DNA from: an uncultured Bdellovibrio sp.
GTDB taxonomy: Bacteria > Bdellovibrionota > Bdellovibrionia > Bdellovibrionales > Bdellovibrionaceae
Assembly: GCA_963932905.1 (NCBI GenBank)
Contig: CAWVRN010000021.1
Coordinates: 11,799 to 75,798, forward strand
Direction of reading: 5' to 3'
Length of the DNA stretch: 64,000 nucleotides
Under the pieces are notes generated by a model, which saw nothing but the letters and a program-made list of their open reading frames with translations, did not search any database and was not told the origin of the DNA. Positions 40,806 through 49,240 of this stretch are shown piece by piece. How positions within the stretch are numbered: the first letter of the stretch is position 1; each line of letters begins with the position of its first letter. A program made the position numbers and the translations under genes.

Positions 40806-42023
40806 ATGTCTTTTCAATTTGATCATCGGCAGTTAGCCGATGAAATGGAGATCTTTTTTCTAAACGAAGAAATTGGCGCCGGTTTACCAATTTGGCTGCC
40901 CAACGGGGTCGCTATTCGCGACAGTTTAGAGTCATTTATCAAAAACTTAGAACGCAAAGGTGGTTATCAACGGGTAGTGAGTCCACATTTGGCCAAAGGC
41001 AGTCTTTACGAACGGTCCGGTCATTTACGTGCGTTTGATGGAAACATGTATCCACCATTAAAAGGAATCGATGAAAACAACGACTACTATTTAAGACCGA
41101 TGAATTGCCCTCATCATCACAAAGTTTTCGGATCAGGTTTGCGCAGCTATCGACAGTTGCCATTAAGGATTGCTGAATATGGACAAGTCTATCGTTTTGA
41201 AAACAGCGGATCATTAAAAGGCCTAAGCCGCGTACGTGGACTCTGTCAGAATGATGCCCATATATATGTCGATCCATCAGATGCAAAAAAAGAAATTATG
41301 TCTGTGCTGGAATTACATGAACATTGCTATCGCGCCCTTGGATTAAAGGGCTACCGTTATCGACTATCTAAATCGGATCCAAATCGACCTGGTGATTTCG
41401 ATGGACCGCCGCAGCTATGGCAAGAATCAGAAGATATTTTACGTCAATGTTTAATAGAAAAGAACTTACCATATTTTGAAGCGGACGGCGAAGCTGCGTT
41501 CTACGGACCCAAGATTGATGTTCAAATGCAAATGAGCAGCAGCCAAGAAGAATCGATGGCAAGTATTCAACTTGATTTCAATTCCGCAGATAAATTTGAT
41601 CTTAATTTTGTTTCTAGTTCTGGAGAAAATCGCAAGCCTTGGATTATTCATCGTGCTCCGCTGGGTAGCCATGAACGATTTGTGGCACTGCTTTTGGAAT
41701 TTTTCGATGGTGCATTGCCGGGTTGGTTGTGTCCGGTACAGCTTTATATTTTACCAATGAATGATGATCACTATTCTTTCGCGAAAGAACTAGCAGATGA
41801 TTTAGCTGATAAAGGTATCCGCGTGGTTGTGGATAGATCTGTGGGAAGCTTGTCGAAACGAATTTTGTTTGCTCATAAATATCGGCCGCTATTTAAGTTA
41901 GTGATTGGTAAAAATGAAATTTCATCAAGAGAATTTTCGATGCAAGGACGTGATGGAGATCGTGTTGTGTATCAACAGCAGATCGCTGAGTTTCTATTAA
42001 AAAGAATTGCTATTCCCGAATAG
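40806..42023 (+). CDS. thrS: Threonine--tRNA ligase, short form lacking N-terminal TGS/editing domains
   Basis: Starts at DHR; RPMNCPHH, RVRG..QNDAH, FYGPKID, SIQLDF, IHRA..GS.ERF; anticodon-binding domain; GGAGA SD. Confidence 0.9.
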   Translation: MSFQFDHRQLADEMEIFFLNEEIGAGLPIWLPNGVAIRDSLESFIKNLERKGGYQRVVSPHLAKGSLYERSGHLRAFDGNMYPPLKGIDENNDYYLRPMNCPHHHKVFGSGLRSYRQLPLRIAEYGQVYRFENSGSLKGLSRVRGLCQNDAHIYVDPSDAKKEIMSVLELHEHCYRALGLKGYRYRLSKSDPNRPGDFDGPPQLWQESEDILRQCLIEKNLPYFEADGEAAFYGPKIDVQMQMSSSQEESMASIQLDFNSADKFDLNFVSSSGENRKPWIIHRAPLGSHERFVALLLEFFDGALPGWLCPVQLYILPMNDDHYSFAKELADDLADKGIRVVVDRSVGSLSKRILFAHKYRPLFKLVIGKNEISSREFSMQGRDGDRVVYQQQIAEFLLKRIAIPE

Positions 42024-42104
42024 AATATAATTTTTAATCGAGACTAGACTGACGATAATTTCCCGCCAAAAATATTTTTTGTGGTTTTTTGCCACAAGGC
42101 AAAA

Positions 42105-42146
42105 GCTCAAGTCTATCTAATCGAAATAGACTTGAGCCGGTTTTTT
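42105..42146 (+). terminator. Probable intrinsic terminator after thrS
   Basis: GCTCAAGTCTAT-N9-ATAGACTTGAGC 12-bp stem, followed by cggTTTTTT. Confidence 0.6.
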
Positions 42147-42195
42147 GCACTCACTTTATGTGGATATTCTAACGTCATATAAATAAGGAGTGTTT

Positions 42196-42405
42196 ATGGA
42201 AAATGAAATTATCCCAACAATTAAAGCTACTGACCGTGATAGTCGTTTAAATGCAGGCAATCGTTCCGATGAAAAAGAGAAAGATGACAGCGGCGTAAAA
42301 CTACCGGAAAAAGATCTGGTGATGAAACGTCCACCAGCGGGCCACGCGCCAGATCCATCACGAAAACAAGAAGAGACTGATTCATCGGAAATGAATCAGC
42401 ACTAA
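42196..42405 (+). CDS. Small hydrophilic hypothetical protein
   Basis: TAAGGAG SD; charged, probably disordered 69 aa. Confidence 0.6.
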   Translation: MENEIIPTIKATDRDSRLNAGNRSDEKEKDDSGVKLPEKDLVMKRPPAGHAPDPSRKQEETDSSEMNQH

Positions 42406-42441
42406 CGGAAAGTGTAACAGGAAAAGTTCTAGGAGATAAAT

Positions 42442-42714
42442 ATGAATATCATAGTATTTCTTCTGGTCGGTTTATTAGCTGGCTGGATAGCAAGCTCATT
42501 GATGAGGGGCGAAGGCCTTGGTATTTTAGCTGACATCATAGTTGGTGTGATCGGTGCGTTCGTTGGTGGATTTATCTTTGAAATGGCCGGTGTGGGCATC
42601 TATGGATTTTGGTCAGCCCTAGGCATGTCGGTAATAGGCGCTATGGTTTTTTTGTTTATCGTCGGACTTTTCTCTGGAACTTTAAATACGCGGCACACGC
42701 TAAGGAAGTTTTAA
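42442..42714 (+). CDS. GlsB/YeaQ/YmgE (transglycosylase-associated) stress membrane protein
   Basis: GLLAGWIA, DIIVGVIGAFVGG, IGA. Confidence 0.9.
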   Translation: MNIIVFLLVGLLAGWIASSLMRGEGLGILADIIVGVIGAFVGGFIFEMAGVGIYGFWSALGMSVIGAMVFLFIVGLFSGTLNTRHTLRKF

Positions 42715-42797
42715 AGTGGACATGAAGAAAAAAATTAAATTTCAGATGCTACTTCTTTCATTGAAGATGGTTATTATTGCTTATAACATTAAAACCA

Positions 42798-43076
42798 ATG
42801 AACGACGAAAACAAGCCAGCACAAGAAATACCGATAGAAATTACGCCTAGTCAGTTATCACCGGATGCTTTAAACGGAATTATCGAAAACTTCATTCTGC
42901 GCGAAGGAACCGACTACGGAGTTGTTGAAGTTGAATTTGAAAAAAAGAAAAGTCAGATTCAAAAACAAATAGATCGTGGCGATGTTAAAATAGTCTACGA
43001 TCAAAGCACTGAAACGGTCAGTCTATTAACAGCTAACGATTTTAAGAAATTACAAAAAAAAATGGACCCGATTTAG
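42798..43076 (+). CDS. YheU/UPF0270 family protein
   Basis: LSPDAL..IIENFILREGTDYG. Confidence 0.88.
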   Translation: MNDENKPAQEIPIEITPSQLSPDALNGIIENFILREGTDYGVVEVEFEKKKSQIQKQIDRGDVKIVYDQSTETVSLLTANDFKKLQKKMDPI

Positions 43077-43087
43077 GGCCCATTTTT
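43058..43087. terminator. Probable bidirectional terminator
   Basis: AAAAATGGACCC-gattta-GGGCCCATTTTT between convergent genes. Confidence 0.55.
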
Positions 43088-43111
43088 CATTTAGCTATAT
43101 AAATCTAAATA

Positions 43112-44314
43112 TTATCTTAAAAGATCAGAACAACGGCTCATGCGAGCTACGTTGCCTAGTGCGTAGTTACGAGCTTCTGCTTGGCTTAAGTACAAACCAT
43201 TGTATGAAGTAGCGAATTGGTATTCTCTGTTGAATTGATCCCACATCATTTGGATTTGAGATGAATTTTCACAGTTGTTTCTGTCCACCCAGTTACGAGC
43301 AATACGACCAGCTTCTGATTGAGATTTGTAAAGACCATTGTACGAAGTTACAAAGTTTTTCAATTTAACAATCGTATTTGTCATTTCGGCTACATCAGAA
43401 GTAGTTAGATATTCGGCTTTTTCGGCAGCGTAGTTACGAGCTTCAGATTGGCTTAGGTATAAGCCGTTATATGAAGTTGCTAATGACAATGCCGCTTGGA
43501 AACGTGATGAGTATTCAGTGATAGTTCCGCAACGGTGTTCACGGTTGTATTCCATGGCCCAACGAGTGGCTTCAGACTGTGATAAATAAGGTCCGTTGTA
43601 AGAAGCTGCAAATTGCTTAGCGATCATAAATTGCGAGTGATCGTAGTCTTGGCAATATCCACGCAACGAAGCATAGTTATAATTTGGAGTAGGAACTACC
43701 ACTGGTGGGCGGGGACTTGGGCGTACTGGTTCAACGGGACGAACTCTTCCTCGACGACCGTTGTTGCCAACAACGACTGTTTCATTGCGAACTGAAGAAC
43801 CGTCTCTGAAAACAACTTCAGTTGAAGTTACTTCTCTCCAAGATCCGTTAGCGCTTGAGCATGCGATACCTGTTTTAGTCTCTGTTTTTTGACGAGTGAT
43901 GATTGTTGATTCATATTCACGGCAGATTTCGCGTGAATTTGTGCGTAAGTAACCTTCACGAGTTGTTCTGAAGTTACCACGTGCTCCGGTTCTAGAACCG
44001 TAGTTGTTTCCATCCCAGTCAGTTCTCTGACCGATTGGGCGACGGAAAGCATCTCGTTGTGCTTCTTCTAAGGCGCGGCGATCGTTGTTATCTAAATCTC
44101 TACCGATATCAGCACCTACAACAGCACCTAAGATAATTCCTATACCAGTAGCAACAGTTTTACCGTTACCTTTACCAACTTGATTACCTAAAATTCCACC
44201 AACAATAGCGCCTAAGATAGCTCCGTTGTCCTCTTTGTCAGCTAAAGCTGTGAAACTTACACTTGTAGTTAGCATTGCTGCCACTAAACTTAACGTTAAA
44301 ACACTGCGATTCAT
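43112..44314 (-). CDS. Secreted glycine-zipper/17-kDa surface antigen-like protein with four C-terminal SYNGLYLSQSEA repeats
   Basis: Signal peptide; GAILGAIVGGILG...GAVVG; CREY...GIAC...GSW; Pro-rich linker; repeats. Confidence 0.8.
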   Translation of the reverse strand: MNRSVLTLSLVAAMLTTSVSFTALADKEDNGAILGAIVGGILGNQVGKGNGKTVATGIGIILGAVVGADIGRDLDNNDRRALEEAQRDAFRRPIGQRTDWDGNNYGSRTGARGNFRTTREGYLRTNSREICREYESTIITRQKTETKTGIACSSANGSWREVTSTEVVFRDGSSVRNETVVVGNNGRRGRVRPVEPVRPSPRPPVVVPTPNYNYASLRGYCQDYDHSQFMIAKQFAASYNGPYLSQSEATRWAMEYNREHRCGTITEYSSRFQAALSLATSYNGLYLSQSEARNYAAEKAEYLTTSDVAEMTNTIVKLKNFVTSYNGLYKSQSEAGRIARNWVDRNNCENSSQIQMMWDQFNREYQFATSYNGLYLSQAEARNYALGNVARMSRCSDLLR

Positions 44315-44357
44315 TTTGGCTCCTTTAAATTATGAATTGAGTACGGGGAGGTACTAA

Positions 44358-44373
44358 AGCAAACAACGGGCCT
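44358..44373 (-). promoter_or_regulatory. Putative sigma54 promoter
   Basis: Minus strand AGGCCCGTTGTTTGCT (GG-N10-GC) upstream of ORF 44314. Confidence 0.5.
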
Positions 44374-44585
44374 GGATATTTTGGCACTAGGAAAAAAATC
44401 TATAAGTTAAGTAGTCGCCGATGAAAATCTTGAACAAACAAGCAGTTGAGTGATTTTCATTTTGCAAAAATGAGCGAGAAAATCGAACAAGTACCTTTGA
44501 CTGACGCGATATGTTGAAAAACTTTCAACCGAGATAGAACATAAATACAGTGCAATTTTAGCCCCAGTTACAGGCGTTGACTGAT

Positions 44586-44975
44586 TTAATTCAGAGGTTT
44601 CCAATTTAAATCTGGATGTCGTTTACCCGTATTAAAGAATTCTTTAATCACACTATAAGTAGTGAAAGGATCCATAACCATTTCAGGTGGGAACTTGCCG
44701 ACCGTGTGGCCTGTTCGAATCAGGATAATGTCGCCGCCTCGATTCATCGGGTTGTTAAGTTCGTAAAATTTACTATTATCGGAAAACATCACTATATATC
44801 GTTCGCGTCCACCAGAAACCGTTAGAATATTTTGATTAGAATAAACCAGACATAGATTCACATATTTCTCGGCATCTAGTTTTAACATTAGTGATTCTAG
44901 TTCGGCGGCACTTTTAGCGACACCATCTTCTGATTCTAATGATCCATTTTCTAAATATTCTAACGTGTATTTCAT
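44586..44975 (-). CDS. Imm1-like immunity protein (orphan)
   Basis: LTVSGG..RY, C-terminal FP....EFFNTGKRHPDLNW pattern as in the Imm1 family. Confidence 0.55.
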   Translation of the reverse strand: MKYTLEYLENGSLESEDGVAKSAAELESLMLKLDAEKYVNLCLVYSNQNILTVSGGRERYIVMFSDNSKFYELNNPMNRGGDIILIRTGHTVGKFPPEMVMDPFTTYSVIKEFFNTGKRHPDLNWKPLN

Positions 44976-44978
44976 AAC

Positions 44979-45653
44979 CTACTCAGTCGCGGAATCTTCT
45001 ACTTTTTGTTTTTCCATTTTCGGAGGGGGTGGAGGATTAATGCCTTTCATTGGTGGTGGTCGATGGTCTTTTTTTGAAGACTCGATAATTTTAGCGATTT
45101 CTGGATCTGGTTTTTTATCTACTTCTTTCAGGACATCGGCGATGCGATTTAAGTTAGATGTCCAGTCGCTAAAAATGATTTGGTTGGTAGCAGAGTGAAC
45201 ATTCATCTCGCCGTCTTTTGAAGGAAGGATGCGCAAATCACGAATAGCTGATTCTGCTGAAATATTTTTGAAGGTATATATCCAAGAGTACATACGTTCC
45301 GGTTTCAATGACGGTCTTTGAGTGCTGACCTCGATTAGGTCGCGTTGAATATTACGACCCGTTTTAACGACCATCGTGTCGCCTTGCTTGCTGATGCCAA
45401 AGCCATTGATGGCTAGAGCTGATGAAAGTTGGTTGAAGGCGTCTTCTATGGTTACTTCTTCTTGAATAAAAATAGAAACGCGCCCGCGAACGCCAGGGTC
45501 GACTACAAATTTCTGTCCAGATGCTTTGGAATATTTCTCGATAATTTTGACGATCTCTTCATTATTAAAATACATTTTCATTTTAGTATCAGCGGCAAAA
45601 ACAGAGAGAGATAAGAAAGATATAAATCCTACTAACACTGCGGACATTTTCAT
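44979..45653 (-). CDS. Stand-alone secretin N-terminal (GspD N0-N1) domain protein
   Basis: Signal peptide; F.NEEI..II...SGQKFVVDPGVRGRV N0; TNQIIFSD...IADVLKEVD N1; no secretin barrel. Confidence 0.75.
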   Translation of the reverse strand: MKMSAVLVGFISFLSLSVFAADTKMKMYFNNEEIVKIIEKYSKASGQKFVVDPGVRGRVSIFIQEEVTIEDAFNQLSSALAINGFGISKQGDTMVVKTGRNIQRDLIEVSTQRPSLKPERMYSWIYTFKNISAESAIRDLRILPSKDGEMNVHSATNQIIFSDWTSNLNRIADVLKEVDKKPDPEIAKIIESSKKDHRPPPMKGINPPPPPKMEKQKVEDSATE

Positions 45654-45725
45654 AAACTACTCCTTTTTATTTTTAGATTACAATAGGGTAGCGAATCTGT
45701 TCCTAGCCTCCAAGTCAGATTCTAG

Positions 45726-46862
45726 ATGACAACGTTTGTTAATAAAACTAGCGTTTATGAGATGGAAATTGAAAGTAATTGGAAACGCATTCCTAAAACT
45801 TCGGAAAGCAGGACGGAAAATCGACTGACTCAACCATTGCATTCGTATAAAGTTTTTAACAATCCAAACATTGTTACAGAAGCTTGGTATCCCGTTGTTC
45901 CCAGCAGAAAATTAAAAAAACTGAAATCGCATTCATTTAAAATAGGTTCGCAAAGGATCGTAATTTTTCGCGGAGATGACAGTAAAGTCAGAGCCATGGA
46001 TGCGTTCTGCCCTCATATGGGTGCAGACCTTGGTCGAGGAGAAGTGACGGGAAATGAAATTCGCTGTTACTTTCATCGCTGGAAATATGATGGTGAAGGG
46101 AACTTAAATGAAATTCCCTGTAAATCTAAGTTACCTTTTAATTTGAAAATTCAAAATTATGATTCTGAAGAAGCTTATGGTTTCATCTGGGTTTATTCAG
46201 GAAAGAAAGCGCCTTACCCGGTGCCAAAACCAGCCGGCTTAGAAAATGTCGAAGTCGAAGGTCGTCTATTATTAAAGACGAAATTATTTGTACATCATCA
46301 TGTTTTGATGGCTTCGGCAATTGATCTGCAACATTTCTCTAGCGTTCATAACCTGCACGCCGATTTCAAACATGAAATCGAACAGCCGGTAGAAGATAAT
46401 TTCTATTGGAAAGTAACTGGTAAACTAGATAATAACGGCATTCGAAATAAATTTGCACGGTGGTTGCTAGGTAGCGAGTTTGGTTACCGTGCGGTATTTG
46501 CAGGCGGATCTATCGTTGCGTTGACGTATGGAATTGATCCACATTTCAGGGGTGATCTTAATAATTTCAAACTGCCAACATTGCACGTATTGTGGGGTTG
46601 TCTACCTGATGAATCAGGAATCAGCGATGCCTATGTGTTTGTAATTCAAAAAAAATCTTTGGGTTTATTTGGCAAAGTGAAATCACTTCTGCAATTCGGA
46701 TTGAGTGTTGGTTTATTAGCATGGCTGAAAGATGATGATGTGAAGGCCTTTCCTCGTATGCGCTTTCAGGCTCAGAATTTAATTGATCTAGATGGCTCTG
46801 TTGGAAAATTAATTTCATTAACGGAAAAACTAAAGGTGTCGGCGTGGTCTTACAAAAATTAG
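45726..46862 (+). CDS. Rieske non-heme iron oxygenase 1 (likely start 45762)
   Basis: CPH...CYFH; DLQHFSSVH mononuclear Fe motif. Confidence 0.9.
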   Translation: MTTFVNKTSVYEMEIESNWKRIPKTSESRTENRLTQPLHSYKVFNNPNIVTEAWYPVVPSRKLKKLKSHSFKIGSQRIVIFRGDDSKVRAMDAFCPHMGADLGRGEVTGNEIRCYFHRWKYDGEGNLNEIPCKSKLPFNLKIQNYDSEEAYGFIWVYSGKKAPYPVPKPAGLENVEVEGRLLLKTKLFVHHHVLMASAIDLQHFSSVHNLHADFKHEIEQPVEDNFYWKVTGKLDNNGIRNKFARWLLGSEFGYRAVFAGGSIVALTYGIDPHFRGDLNNFKLPTLHVLWGCLPDESGISDAYVFVIQKKSLGLFGKVKSLLQFGLSVGLLAWLKDDDVKAFPRMRFQAQNLIDLDGSVGKLISLTEKLKVSAWSYKN

Positions 46863-47629
46863 AATTACATGAATGGTTCTTGGCCTATCAGTTGGACCAT
46901 ATCAAACGGAAATGTAATCATTTGCCTGGGCAAATTCAGCTAGACATTTCGGCGCATGCCGATTTCTATGAAAAGCGTGGGCAAAAAATTCCAATCAATG
47001 CTTTATTTTTAAAACTGGTAGGTAAATGGGCTGCAGAAAATCCAAGTGCTCATAAAATGTTATTTAGAACTTGGTCCGGATGGAAGTTTCTTTATGGGGA
47101 CGAGATCAGGATAAATATCCCATTAGAAATTAAACACAAAGATCGATCGATCATTACGGCAATAGTTATCAAAAACCCTCAGAACAAATCTGTCGATGAA
47201 ATCAACCAAGAGATTAGAATGGCGAAAGAGAAATCTGTCGACCATTTTCCAATCACTAAGTTTGCTAACTTCAAACCCAATACGTTTTATAATCGGTGGC
47301 TTCTAAAAGGTTTGCACACGTTAATAAATGCATGGCCATCCTTGTATTGGAAAAAAGGCGGCGGTTGTTTAAGTGTGTCCTCGTTGTCAAACTTGGCAAA
47401 AACAGGAACTCTGTTCTCGACATATTCATTTGGTCCGACGGGGTTTACATTTTTTTATAAAGATATTGTTAGGCAGAATGAAAAAACCTACCTAAACCTT
47501 AGTATAGCTGTTGATCACAATTGTTATACAGGAATTGAAATGGTTAATCTGATGAATCGCTTTATTGACTGTGCCCAGACCGGCGAACAAAAAAACTTTA
47601 GCAAGTTAACACAGGATGTTCATATATAA
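46844..47629 (+). CDS. Stand-alone 2-oxoacid dehydrogenase E2/CAT-like acyltransferase domain
   Basis: IKNPQNKSVDEI.QEI, LSVSSL, VDHNCYTG (DHxxxDG variant); no lipoyl domain. Confidence 0.6.
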   Translation: MVLQKLELHEWFLAYQLDHIKRKCNHLPGQIQLDISAHADFYEKRGQKIPINALFLKLVGKWAAENPSAHKMLFRTWSGWKFLYGDEIRINIPLEIKHKDRSIITAIVIKNPQNKSVDEINQEIRMAKEKSVDHFPITKFANFKPNTFYNRWLLKGLHTLINAWPSLYWKKGGGCLSVSSLSNLAKTGTLFSTYSFGPTGFTFFYKDIVRQNEKTYLNLSIAVDHNCYTGIEMVNLMNRFIDCAQTGEQKNFSKLTQDVHI

Positions 47630-47698
47630 ACTGTTTAAACACAACGGTGTATTGGCTATACTCACAGTATTGAAAAATAAAATATACAAGGAGCGTAT

Positions 47699-49240
47699 AT
47701 GATTTTGAAAAGTATTTGCACGAGCGCATTACTATTGAGCTTAGCTCAAGCGGCGCCTCAACCGGTGTCTTTCTTCCCAGAAGCACCAATGGTTAACGAA
47801 ATCCCAGATTTCAAAGCTGACAATTACGCAGAGGTAAACAAGAAATGGAAAGCGAGTAGTCGCAAGATCGCCAGTGATTTTTCTGAAAGTTCATTATCAG
47901 ATGATTTCAAAAATAAACTTCGTAAGCAGTGGCTGGAAACAACAACCGCAGACGGTGTTTTTCAGTTATTAGTACAATCGCGCAAAGATTACGCTAAATA
48001 TTCACCAGACGTGCAATATTTCTTAACTCAAATGCACACGATGATTCCTTTAAAAGGTATTGTTTGGCGTTTAAGACCAATTTTTGAGGCGGGTGGTTTA
48101 TTTAAAGGTAATAAAGCAACGCATATGTCGGCGATTCAATTCGTACGCACGGCGGTTACGGGTTTAAGTGCTGCATTCCCAACATCACAGACCGATGCGA
48201 TGATTGCCTACTTCACGCAGCCTGGTCCTGAGATGTCTGAAAAATCGCAGTTTAAAACCGTCGCTGAATTTCAAAATTTTTTAGTGGATTCGTATATTCC
48301 TTACTTATTTGAAAGTGTAAAAAACATCGACGCTCTTTTGAAAAACTACAGTGAAGCCAAAGGTCGTCCTCAAGCAGAAATGGTTTGGGACAATCAAATG
48401 TTTTTTGGAACAGGGTCTTTCCGAGATGGCTTTAATCGCTACGTAGGTCATGGCCCAGCCGAGATGCACATTGCGATGGCGTTGGGATGGGAAGCTATTC
48501 ATGATGCTTATGTTTTCAGTTCATACAATCAAGATGATCTAGTTAATGTCGCGGGTCGTTTGGGTCGTGCCTTTGGTATCGACGCTTTAAAAAGCGATTC
48601 TAACGATATTGGTTTGACCGACAAAGAGCGTGCAAAGATTATCGCAAGCTACACGTCTAAAGGTTTCTTAAGCTTAAGAAAAAATAGAGATCCTAAAGCA
48701 AAAGGTGATGAAGGCTACGGTAAGAGGAATATGAAATTGGCTCTTCCGGCTAAGCGTCAGTCGGTTAATCATTTTAATCAAGCCTACATTAAATTAGAAG
48801 GCAAAGGCTCGAATTCTTCAATGGCGATCAATCCGGCTTTATATCAAAAAGATATCCAAAATCGATTGAATGCGGGTGTGAGCAAAATGGTCAGCGCAAT
48901 GGATGGCGTGACTGAATTCAAAGATCCGATGTCTTCCGAAGTCATCACAATCAACGTTCCGGCATTTTACAATGAACCGCCTCAATCTTTAGCTATACTC
49001 ATGGCAAATGACTGGGAAGGTGGCGAGTCGACAAAATCGATCACGTCAACTTCAGGAGAACAACTAAAATACAGAAACTATTTTAGTGGGCGCGCAAAAT
49101 CATGGAATAACAACGCGTGGGCAAAATACGTGACCAGCGCAAGCGGGCAAAAAGCTGACTACATGATGACTGCAAAACGTATTATGCACTATTCGCCGGG
49201 TGCGACTGTGCTTGGTGCGGTAGATCTTTTCGTAAGATAG
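47699..49240 (+). CDS. Secreted hypothetical protein (513 aa)
   Basis: AAGGAG SD; signal peptide ending AQA; no family motif recognised. Confidence 0.8.
   Translation: MILKSICTSALLLSLAQAAPQPVSFFPEAPMVNEIPDFKADNYAEVNKKWKASSRKIASDFSESSLSDDFKNKLRKQWLETTTADGVFQLLVQSRKDYAKYSPDVQYFLTQMHTMIPLKGIVWRLRPIFEAGGLFKGNKATHMSAIQFVRTAVTGLSAAFPTSQTDAMIAYFTQPGPEMSEKSQFKTVAEFQNFLVDSYIPYLFESVKNIDALLKNYSEAKGRPQAEMVWDNQMFFGTGSFRDGFNRYVGHGPAEMHIAMALGWEAIHDAYVFSSYNQDDLVNVAGRLGRAFGIDALKSDSNDIGLTDKERAKIIASYTSKGFLSLRKNRDPKAKGDEGYGKRNMKLALPAKRQSVNHFNQAYIKLEGKGSNSSMAINPALYQKDIQNRLNAGVSKMVSAMDGVTEFKDPMSSEVITINVPAFYNEPPQSLAILMANDWEGGESTKSITSTSGEQLKYRNYFSGRAKSWNNNAWAKYVTSASGQKADYMMTAKRIMHYSPGATVLGAVDLFVR

Noticed and set aside
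43170..43620. CRISPR-like DNA repeats
   Set aside because: The repeats are degenerate at synonymous positions inside an open frame, so they are protein repeats; no cas genes
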